The position numbers and the translations under genes were made by a program. Below, in pieces: positions 24,915-32,000 of a stretch of 32,000 bases of DNA. The notes beneath the pieces are model-generated. The model was given only the letters and a program-made list of their open reading frames with translations, searched no databases and was not told the DNA's origin. Positions within the stretch are counted from its first letter, which is position 1. The number at the start of each line of letters is the position of its first letter. This DNA comes from Candidatus Iainarchaeum sp. (lineage in GTDB: Archaea; Iainarchaeota; Iainarchaeia; Iainarchaeales; CSSED10-239). The stretch lies in contig JAQVTI010000008.1 of assembly GCA_028700115.1 (NCBI GenBank), positions 5,461-37,460 on the forward strand. Direction: 5' to 3'.

Positions 24915-24972
24915 GGCAATGATGATATTGAACACCTGCTGATTTCATGATGATAGATGGGCGGGCTGAGCC
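24915..24972 (+). ncRNA. Box C/D sRNA (2'-O-methylation guide)
   Basis: GGC-A-[C ATGATGA 24919-25]-13 nt TATTGAACACCTG-[D' CTGA 24939-42]-TTTC-[C' ATGATGA 24947-53]-12 nt TAGATGGGCGGG-[D CTGA 24966-69]-GCC. All four boxes are consensus, the spacers are archaeal length, and there is a GGC/GCC terminal stem. It is a GC-rich island in an AT-rich spacer. Confidence 0.85.
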
Positions 24973-24994
24973 TTTAGAAATTATTTTAAAAAAA

Positions 24995-25195
24995 TTATTT
25001 TTTAGATTCGATTCTAGAAATTCTATTATTTAAAATTTCTATTTTAGACTTTAAAACATCTAATTTTGCATCAGTTGAATTAAAAGGTAAAATTTTTTTT
25101 TCAAATTTTAAAACCCTATTTAAAATAATATTACCTATAAAAAAAGAAATTATTAAAATAAATAAAATAAGAACTAAAACATCCATAAAAATCAC
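24995..25195 (-). CDS. Small single-TM protein with coiled-coil tail
   Basis: DVLVLILFILIISFFIGNIIL TM, then KLDVLKSKIEILNNRISRIESKK. It lies 12 nt downstream of the 277-aa gene. The probable start is ATG 25186 after GTGAT. Confidence 0.5.
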   Translation of the reverse strand: MIFMDVLVLILFILIISFFIGNIILNRVLKFEKKILPFNSTDAKLDVLKSKIEILNNRISRIESKK

Positions 25196-25207
25196 AATTT
25201 TAAAAAA

Positions 25208-26041
25208 TTATACAATTTTAAAAACTCCTTTTCTTTTTTCAATAACAAGACAATCTTCTTTTAAAATTTCAATTAATATTTTAGAAATATCTTCAGAAAT
25301 ATTTAAATTAGAAATAACTTTTTCAATCCCAAATTCATTTTCAAAATTAGTTTTTAAAAAAAGGTCTTTAAGATCATTATATAAATCTACAGAAATAATA
25401 TAATAATTAGAATCAAAAGATTTTAAACCAATTATTTCATTGTTCTGAATTTGATTTTTATATTTATCTAAAAATATATTTACATCTTTTTGATTTTTAA
25501 TAATTAAATAATTATTTTCTTTAAATTTATTTAAAATATCAACATCTAAATAATTATTTGAAATATTATTATCTAAAATATTTAATTTATCAAAATCAAT
25601 TTTATATATTCCTTTTTTATATTTATCAGATAATTTAAAAACATTAATTTCTTTATTTTTAAGCATTTCTTTAAAAACTTTTAAATCTTTAAAATTTAAA
25701 AATTTCTCAAAACTGCCTTCAACTTTATCTTTTGAGGTTATATTTTTATCATTTAATAAATCAAATATTTTTTTTTTAATTGATTTATCTTCAAAAGAAT
25801 CATTTTCTAAAATATCAGATTTTTTATAAGATTCTTTTTTAGAAAAATTATTATAAGTAGAATTATCTAAAATAACATCATTTGATAAACCATCTAAATT
25901 ATTATCTAAAGAAACAATTGCTAAAACTTCTTTTGAAATTGGTTTTAAAACTAATTTTTTATTTATAAAATTAGAAAGTAAAAAACAATCATTTCCTTCT
26001 GGATTTAAAAAATAAATATTATCTTTTTTTATAATTTTCAT
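25208..26041 (-). CDS. Hypothetical 277-aa protein, third gene of the HTH-PIN operon; two winged-helix-like segments
   Basis: No recognised family. The segments ...FKLSDKYKKGIYKI... and ...ISKILIEILKEDCLVIEKRKGVFKIV resemble winged-helix wings. Its ATG overlaps the PIN gene stop (ATGA at 26038-26041). Confidence 0.5.
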   Translation of the reverse strand: MKIIKKDNIYFLNPEGNDCFLLSNFINKKLVLKPISKEVLAIVSLDNNLDGLSNDVILDNSTYNNFSKKESYKKSDILENDSFEDKSIKKKIFDLLNDKNITSKDKVEGSFEKFLNFKDLKVFKEMLKNKEINVFKLSDKYKKGIYKIDFDKLNILDNNISNNYLDVDILNKFKENNYLIIKNQKDVNIFLDKYKNQIQNNEIIGLKSFDSNYYIISVDLYNDLKDLFLKTNFENEFGIEKVISNLNISEDISKILIEILKEDCLVIEKRKGVFKIV

Positions 26042-26706
26042 AAATTATCAACAAACTCATTAATTTCTTCAAAAGAAACACTACAACCTCTAAATTTAAA
26101 AGCATAAAGACTAGCTTTAATATTTTCTTTATTTAAATATAAATCTTTTAAGAGTTTCTTTTTATATGCAAAAGCTAAAAGATCAACTGACCTAATTGCA
26201 TTTACATTCCCAATAAGTTCTTTAAATTTAATATATTTATTTTCATCAAAAGAAATTTTATTAGTATTATTTTTTCTTTTTAAAATTTTTAATAAACCAT
26301 GAGGTTGTTCAATTAACATTCTTGTTGTTCTTTCATCAACTGCTAAATAATTTGCATTTGTTAACCCTAAAAGAGCTAAACATTCTGCCTCTCCAAGTTG
26401 TATTATTTTTAAAGGTCTATTATTTATATAAAACATATTATTTGTTAATTCTAATATTTTTTTTGTAACTTCATCTAATTCTTTACTACCTTTAAAAATG
26501 TTAAAAACATTAAAATTAATTTTTTCTTCAATTCTAATTCCACTAAGCTTAAACCTCATAATTTTTTTAGCTCTTAATACAGATTCATCTAAAACACTAT
26601 TTGTAATTATAAATTCTCCAAGCTCTTTTTTTAAATCTTCAAAAAGACCTAAAAAACAAGTTTCAGAAAAAGTTATTAAAACCCCAGAATCAAATACTAT
26701 CTTCAT
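26038..26706 (-). CDS. PIN-domain protein (COG2405/DUF3368-like) with insertions and a C-terminal extension
   Basis: MKIVFDSGVLI (first acidic PIN motif), QLGEAECLALL (the GEAE motif typical of DUF3368-type PINs) and AVDERTTRML. 222 aa versus about 150 aa for typical members. Confidence 0.65.
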   Translation of the reverse strand: MKIVFDSGVLITFSETCFLGLFEDLKKELGEFIITNSVLDESVLRAKKIMRFKLSGIRIEEKINFNVFNIFKGSKELDEVTKKILELTNNMFYINNRPLKIIQLGEAECLALLGLTNANYLAVDERTTRMLIEQPHGLLKILKRKNNTNKISFDENKYIKFKELIGNVNAIRSVDLLAFAYKKKLLKDLYLNKENIKASLYAFKFRGCSVSFEEINEFVDNL

Positions 26707-27278
26707 ATATTATCATTTTTTGACATAACCTCTAAAAGATGAACTCTTTGACTAATATTTTTAAAAGATTCATCCTCATCAGGCATTTTAGTTATACCAA
26801 TATAATTCATAAGTTCTTCTTTAGATACAGAAAACAAACTTGCAGCTTGATTTGCAGAAAGCCCATAAGCATAAGCAGTTGATGCAAGTTTAATTCTAGC
26901 ATCATCTAAAATACGCGAAATATATCTTCCAAGTTCTTTATCTGATTTTTCGATAATTAATTGAATATTTTTAATTACATTATTAAATTTGGAAAGATCT
27001 AATTCATTAAAAACATTTATAGAAATATCTAAATTTTGTAAAATCTCAAATTCATATTCTTTCCATGAATCACTATTTATAAAATGCTTTTTAGAAATAA
27101 TTTTTCTAAGAGCATAAATAATTACACAAATTTCCGAAAGATCTTTATTGTCATTATTAATTGAGATTTCTAAAACAATAGATTCTAAATCATGTAAAGC
27201 TTGTGAATTTTTTTGTTTTATAAAATCAATTATTTTAGAAATTATTTCAATATATTTTAATTGATCTATATTTGTCAT
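26703..27278 (-). CDS. Helical protein with C-terminal UPF0175-like HTH (antitoxin-like) domain
   Basis: KLASTAYAYGLSANQAASLFSVSKEELMNYIGITKMP matches the UPF0175 pattern (A..lY..g.lS.gkAA.l.g.s..ef...L...gi), preceded by about 120 aa of unassigned helices. Its stop overlaps the PIN gene ATG (ATGA). Confidence 0.5.
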   Translation of the reverse strand: MTNIDQLKYIEIISKIIDFIKQKNSQALHDLESIVLEISINNDNKDLSEICVIIYALRKIISKKHFINSDSWKEYEFEILQNLDISINVFNELDLSKFNNVIKNIQLIIEKSDKELGRYISRILDDARIKLASTAYAYGLSANQAASLFSVSKEELMNYIGITKMPDEDESFKNISQRVHLLEVMSKNDNI

Positions 27279-27348
27279 ATATTATCTAAATTTATAAAAT
27301 TATAGATATAATTATAAAACAAAAGTTATTTATATTCTATTAATTATA

Positions 27349-27388
27349 TATATTATAAAATATATTATAAAATATATTATAAAATATA
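27349..27388. repeat. 12-nt tandem repeat TATATTATAAAA x3 plus a partial copy, in a promoter region
   Basis: Exact copies at 27349, 27361 and 27373, about 35-70 nt upstream of ATG 27420. Confidence 0.8.
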
Positions 27389-27419
27389 AAAAATAAAATT
27401 AAAAAACCTTTGGGAAAAT

Positions 27420-27908
27420 ATGAGTTTATATAAAGATAATTTTTCAATAAATTTAAGTAAAAAAACAAAAATAAGTTTATTAATAATTATAATTTCAATA
27501 ATACTAATTATATTAACAACAATATTTATAATAAATATAGATATCAATATATTTAAATCAAACCCTATAAATGGGAAATTTAAAACAAATCCTTTAATTT
27601 TATCAAAATCTAATAATTCTATATTAGAAATAAATATAAAAAATAATCAAGAAAAAGATGTAAATAATACACAAATAGAAATTAAAAATATAGAAAAAGG
27701 ATTTAATATATTTTGTGATAACTCAGAAGAAGGATTTGAAAATATAATAAATATTGAAAAAATATCTAAAAATAATAAAAGAACATTATATTGTGATATT
27801 AGAGTTATTGATAAAAATATTTTAGAAGGAACCTACAGTTTTGATATAAAATATTATATAAATAATGAAAAATATAATAAAAGAATAAACTTAGAAATAA
27901 AAAAGTGA
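27420..27908 (+). CDS. N-terminally anchored small extracytoplasmic protein
   Basis: TM ISLLIIIISIILIILTTIFII followed by about 120 aa of beta-rich Asn/Lys/Ile sequence containing two Cys. Confidence 0.55.
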   Translation: MSLYKDNFSINLSKKTKISLLIIIISIILIILTTIFIINIDINIFKSNPINGKFKTNPLILSKSNNSILEINIKNNQEKDVNNTQIEIKNIEKGFNIFCDNSEEGFENIINIEKISKNNKRTLYCDIRVIDKNILEGTYSFDIKYYINNEKYNKRINLEIKK

Positions 27909-27914
27909 AAATAA

Positions 27915-28652
27915 ATGTTTGATATATTTTTTAAAGGATTTAATTATTTTAAAAAAAAATTAAATTTATTATATGCCTTAATTATTTTTATTATAATAAA
28001 TATAATTATATATAATCTTATAAATCCAGCAATTTTAAAATTAAATGAAATACAAAAATTATATTTTGAAAAACCAATATATATAATTACATATATTTTT
28101 TCAAACTATTTTTTAGAAACAATATTTTATATAATAATTTTATTTATTATAAGTTATTTAATATTACTTATTACAAATCTTTTTGCAAGCTATAAATCAG
28201 AAAAAAAAATAATAAATGTCTTAAAAAATACATTTAATTTTACAATTATTTTTTATTTTATTAATATTGCATTTTTTCTATTATTAATTTTATTTTCAAG
28301 TTACTTTAACATAATTACATTTATCTTAATAATATTATTAAGTATTATAAATTATATTACAATTACAACAATTTTATTAGGGCTAATAATAAATGGATTA
28401 GAAAAACAAACAATTGCAGAAAGCTTAGAAAAAGCATGGCAATTTATAAAAAATAGATTTTGGTTAATAATTGTTTTCTATATATTTTTAATAATTTTTA
28501 TAGGATTATTTATAATATTAATTGATTGGATATTAATATTAATATTTGGATTTGAAGAAATTATAAATTTAATTTTTAATAATATAATTGTAATAATAAT
28601 AGGACTTTATGTACTTAACTCTATTATAGAATTTGTAAAAAAATATAAATAA
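27915..28652 (+). CDS. Polytopic membrane protein (about 6 TM), unknown function
   Basis: 245-aa hydrophobic ORF starting 6 nt after the upstream stop. It has a central amphipathic loop (GLEKQTIAESLEKAWQFIKNRFW). Confidence 0.6.
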   Translation: MFDIFFKGFNYFKKKLNLLYALIIFIIINIIIYNLINPAILKLNEIQKLYFEKPIYIITYIFSNYFLETIFYIIILFIISYLILLITNLFASYKSEKKIINVLKNTFNFTIIFYFINIAFFLLLILFSSYFNIITFILIILLSIINYITITTILLGLIINGLEKQTIAESLEKAWQFIKNRFWLIIVFYIFLIIFIGLFIILIDWILILIFGFEEIINLIFNNIIVIIIGLYVLNSIIEFVKKYK

Positions 28653-28653
28653 T

Positions 28654-29358
28654 TTAAACCCATAAAAGAATTTTTAAAAGAGGATCATCCTTTTGGGTTT
28701 CTTTTTTTTGATAATATTTTTTTGCATGACAAACTAAAAGAGCATGGAATTCTTGAAAAAATGAAATCTTTTCTTTATTATTCAAATTAAAATAAGTTCT
28801 ATTAAATATATTAGATATACTTTCATAAGATAACTCTAAATCATTAATAATTCCTAAATTAAATAAAATTCTTCTAGTATATGCATCAACTATAAAAAAT
28901 GGTTTATTAAAAGCATACAAAAGCATAGAATCAGCAGTTTCTGGGCCAATACCTTTTATATCTAATAATTTATCTCTATTTATATTTTTAATTTTAGTAG
29001 ATCTATAAAATTTAGTAAAATTTAAAATATATTCTGATTTCTGATTATAATAACCAGCAGGTTTAATAATTTCAGCTAATTTTTCTAAATTTATATTCAT
29101 AATTTTTTTTGAATTTAACAATTTATTAGAATCAAGTGCTAATATACCTAAAAATGCATTATTCCAAGAAGTATTTTGAGCAAGAATACATCCTATACAA
29201 ATTTCATAAATTTGTTTTTTTTTTTTTGGAAAAGCATAATCATGAGGATGATAATAATTACCAGTCTTTTTATAAACTGAAATCAAAGGCCACCAACCTT
29301 GATAACCATATTCCATTATTAAAAAATTATAAATTTTAATTATTTTTTTTGAGCTCAT
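28654..29358 (-). CDS. Endonuclease III-related HhH-GPD protein without Fe-S cluster motif
   Basis: HhH hairpin LLDIKGIGPETADSMLLYAF followed by FIVDAYTRRIL (Asp at the catalytic position). The C-terminus has a single Cys, so there is no CX6CX2CX5C cluster. Confidence 0.7.
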   Translation of the reverse strand: MSSKKIIKIYNFLIMEYGYQGWWPLISVYKKTGNYYHPHDYAFPKKKKQIYEICIGCILAQNTSWNNAFLGILALDSNKLLNSKKIMNINLEKLAEIIKPAGYYNQKSEYILNFTKFYRSTKIKNINRDKLLDIKGIGPETADSMLLYAFNKPFFIVDAYTRRILFNLGIINDLELSYESISNIFNRTYFNLNNKEKISFFQEFHALLVCHAKKYYQKKETQKDDPLLKILLWV

Positions 29359-29390
29359 AAAAATTATTCCTAAAAAAAAATTTAAAAAAA

Positions 29391-31763
29391 TTAAAAAGAA
29401 ATAATATCTTTATTTACATATATTATTTCTTTAATTGAATGTGTATTTTTAATATCTTTTTCAATTATTTTATATTTTTCAAAAAGATTAATTTTTTCAA
29501 TAGAATCTTTTAGAGAAAGATTATTTTCTTTTTTAAATTTCCAAATAGAATTATTTAAATTTTCAATATCTTCTAATTTTAAAATAGAATTAAATTGCTC
29601 ATATTTTGGAAATTTAAAAGAATGTATATCTTTTTCAAATAAAACTTCTAATATTCTGTTTGTTGTAAATGGAATAATTGGATAAAATAAATATAACAAT
29701 TTTTCAAGAGCATATCTTAATGTATCAATTGCACCATTTTGTTCTTCTTTAGAATATTTTTCATTTTCATTATAAGCTCTATTTTTTACAAGCTCAAGAT
29801 AATGTGAAGAAAAAGTAGTCCATAAAAAACTTTTAATTTTTTTAATAGCCATATGAAAATCATATTTATTATATAAACTATCAACTTCTGTTATTAATAA
29901 ATTAATTTCTTTTTTAATTAATAAATCAAGATCAGTAAACTTACTTTCAATTCCTTCTGCTTTTTTAAACAAAGAAACAAATTTAGATACATTCCATAAT
30001 TTATTTATAGTTTTTTGTTCTGCTTTTATAGACTCTAATGAACATTTAAAATCTTTTTGATCTAAATTACCTTCAGAAACTGCCCAAAGTCTAAAACTTT
30101 CTGCTCCAAAATTATCTAAAATTTCTGGAGGGTCTATATAATTTCCTAAAGATTTAGACATTTTAAATCCTTTATCATCTAAAATATGCTGATGGATATA
30201 TGCATTATCAAATATTCTTTTACCAGTAACTAAATATGCTTTTAAAAGAGTATAATAAAGCCAAGTTCTAACAATCTCTTTTCCTTGAGGTCTTAGAGAA
30301 CAAACTGGATGTTTTTTAAAAAAATCAGTTCCATATCCTAAAATATATAAAGGAGAATTTGATGAATCAAACCAAGTATCTAAAACTCTTTTATCTCCAA
30401 TAAATTCAGTGCATCCACATTTTGGACATTTATCAATTGGAGCTTTATCAATCCATGGTTTTTGGTATTTTGTAGAATCACCTAAAATAACTTCTCCACA
30501 ATCTTTACAATACCATAAAGGAACTTCAGTTGCATAAAATCTCTTTCTAGAAATTGGCCAATCAGTAGAAACCACTTCAAGCCAATCGTCTAAGATTTTT
30601 TTAGTTTGTGGATTTGTAAAATTAATATCTTCTGATAACTTTTTAATATCTTCAATATAATCTAATTGTTTTAAATAAAATTCTTTTTGTGAAATAAACT
30701 CAACTTCATGTTTTGATCTTTCACAAATAGGAACTTTATGAACTATACTTTTTTGTTCTGTTAATAAATCTGAAGCTTTTAAATCTTCAATAATTTTTTC
30801 TCTTGCTTCTTTTATCTTTAAGCCTTCATACTTTTGTGCATTTGAATTCATTCTACCAGTAATATCTATAGAAATTATTGGTTTTATACCTTGTTCTCTA
30901 AAAAATCTAATATCTGAATAATCTCCTGCAGAACACATCATAACAAGTCCTGTTCCTTTATCTTGTTTTGCTTGAGGATGTGCTTTAATAGGAACTTTAA
31001 TATTAAAAATAGGAGTAATTGCAGTTTTTCCTTCAAGATGCTTATATCTATCATCTTCAGGATTAAAAATAACCATACCTATACTAGGAATTAATTCAGG
31101 TCTAGTTGTTGCAATTGGAATTTTTTCTCCAGTCTCTTTAACTTCAAATAAGATTGTATTAAAATATGATTCAATTTCTTTATATTCAATCTCAGAATCT
31201 GCAATTGTTGTCTTACATCCAGGACAATAGTTTGCAACTTTTTCATCTTCATAAATTAAACCTTTTTTATATAGGTCTAAAAAAGTTTTTTGAGTTAATT
31301 TCCTATATTTATAAGAATCTGTTTCATAAACAGAACCAATATTTTCATTAATTTCATATTCATTAAAACTAACACCAATTTTTCTAAAAGATTCTTGTGT
31401 TTTTCCAGAATATTCTTCTAGAAGTTTTTTACAATTAAAAACATATTCTTCTCTTGGTGTTTTTAAAATAGACATTTTAAATTTCTTTTCAGCTGCCATT
31501 TCAATTGGTAAACCATTTCTATCAAGTCCTAAAGGAAAAATTATATTAAATCCTTTAGATCTCTTATATCTAGCAATCATATCCATAATAGCATAAGTTG
31601 TAGCTTGCCCAATATGTATTGGTCTATTTAGATATGGAGGAGGGGTATCTATTGAAAAAACAGGTTTTTCTTCAGATTCTATAAATCTAAATTTTTTATT
31701 TTCAATTTCTTTTTGTATAATTTCTTTTTCTAAATCTTTGTTCCATTTTTCTAATGTTTTCAT
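29391..31763 (-). CDS. valS: Valyl-tRNA synthetase, archaeal type
   Basis: IDTPPPYLNRPIHIGQ (HIGH-region), CP1 editing-domain motif GTGLVMMCSAGDYSDI, zinc-knuckle cysteines (CPGC, CKDC...CPKC) and KMSKS. Confidence 0.85.
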   Translation of the reverse strand: MKTLEKWNKDLEKEIIQKEIENKKFRFIESEEKPVFSIDTPPPYLNRPIHIGQATTYAIMDMIARYKRSKGFNIIFPLGLDRNGLPIEMAAEKKFKMSILKTPREEYVFNCKKLLEEYSGKTQESFRKIGVSFNEYEINENIGSVYETDSYKYRKLTQKTFLDLYKKGLIYEDEKVANYCPGCKTTIADSEIEYKEIESYFNTILFEVKETGEKIPIATTRPELIPSIGMVIFNPEDDRYKHLEGKTAITPIFNIKVPIKAHPQAKQDKGTGLVMMCSAGDYSDIRFFREQGIKPIISIDITGRMNSNAQKYEGLKIKEAREKIIEDLKASDLLTEQKSIVHKVPICERSKHEVEFISQKEFYLKQLDYIEDIKKLSEDINFTNPQTKKILDDWLEVVSTDWPISRKRFYATEVPLWYCKDCGEVILGDSTKYQKPWIDKAPIDKCPKCGCTEFIGDKRVLDTWFDSSNSPLYILGYGTDFFKKHPVCSLRPQGKEIVRTWLYYTLLKAYLVTGKRIFDNAYIHQHILDDKGFKMSKSLGNYIDPPEILDNFGAESFRLWAVSEGNLDQKDFKCSLESIKAEQKTINKLWNVSKFVSLFKKAEGIESKFTDLDLLIKKEINLLITEVDSLYNKYDFHMAIKKIKSFLWTTFSSHYLELVKNRAYNENEKYSKEEQNGAIDTLRYALEKLLYLFYPIIPFTTNRILEVLFEKDIHSFKFPKYEQFNSILKLEDIENLNNSIWKFKKENNLSLKDSIEKINLFEKYKIIEKDIKNTHSIKEIIYVNKDIISF

Positions 31764-31832
31764 AAATAATCTTGTTTTATTTTATATAATATAATATATA
31801 ATGAAAATGTTTAAATATAGTATATTTACATA

Positions 31833-32000
31833 AAATTAAAAGTATATTACAAAAACTGTCCAATAAATAATGCAAATTAAAAATATATTACAAATACTAT
31901 ACAATAAATAATATAAATTAAAAATATATTACAAATACTATACAATAAATAATATAAATTAAAAATATATTACAAATACTATACAATAAATAATATAAAT
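31833..32000. repeat. 41-bp tandem direct repeat: one degenerate copy, three exact full copies, and the first 4 nt of a further copy at the window edge
   Basis: The unit AAATTAAAAATATATTACAAATACTATACAATAAATAATAT starts at 31874, 31915, 31956 and 31997, with a diverged copy at 31833. Copies are contiguous with no spacers. Confidence 0.9.

Noticed and set aside
3820-31351. Antisense or off-frame track ORFs inside larger genes (3820..4053-, 5385..5576+, 13171..13401+, 16717..16914-, 20697..20951-, 26498..26728+, 29136..29339+, 31166..31351+)
   Set aside because: Each lies wholly within a longer ORF that has recognisable motifs. Their products are low-complexity, as expected for shadow ORFs in AT-rich DNA.
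31833-32000. Possible CRISPR array, given regularly spaced identical 41-nt units
   Set aside because: The units are directly contiguous with no unique spacers between them and no cas genes are in view. This is a simple tandem repeat.

Overview
Very AT-rich, gene-dense archaeal window with most genes on the minus strand. The archaeal assignment rests on ribosomal protein eL42/L44e, an XPD/Rad3 helicase, a NurA-like nuclease, a HerA/DUF87-type ATPase, archaeal-type ValRS, a tRNA intron in a canonical bulge-helix-bulge (BHB) motif, a box C/D sRNA and oligo-T terminators. The extreme AT content, small proteins and abundance of membrane-anchored or secreted repeat proteins suggest a small-genome DPANN-type archaeon; that is inference only. 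Housekeeping content: ppsA, valS, htpX, lemA, xpd, rpl44e, an MBL/beta-CASP nuclease, an EndoIII-like HhH-GPD protein, an MFS transporter, a flavodoxin/4Fe-4S protein and three tRNAs (Trp with intron, Glu, CAU). Four things are absent from the ORF track. These are a >1116-codon surface-protein gene running off the left edge (1..3350, minus), a canonical box C/D sRNA (24915..24972), a 45-aa ORF wedged between htpX and nurA, and the three tRNAs. I see no known defence island, CRISPR array or transposon. The best candidates for something new are listed here. (a) An overlapping minus-strand operon of an enlarged UPF0175-like HTH protein, an enlarged PIN protein and a 277-aa protein, with a 66-aa membrane peptide 12 nt further downstream (24995..27278). 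(b) A 116-nt tRNA-Trp intron carrying a 9-nt antisense match to its own anticodon arm. (c) A polytopic membrane protein abutting a HerA-like ATPase whose P-loop is split by a 407-aa LAGLIDADG intein. (d) An RpiA homologue with all catalytic motifs replaced. (e) A stand-alone PEP-utilizer swivel domain separated from the upstream ORF by a single in-frame TAG. All functional calls come from motif recognition by eye; no searches were run.
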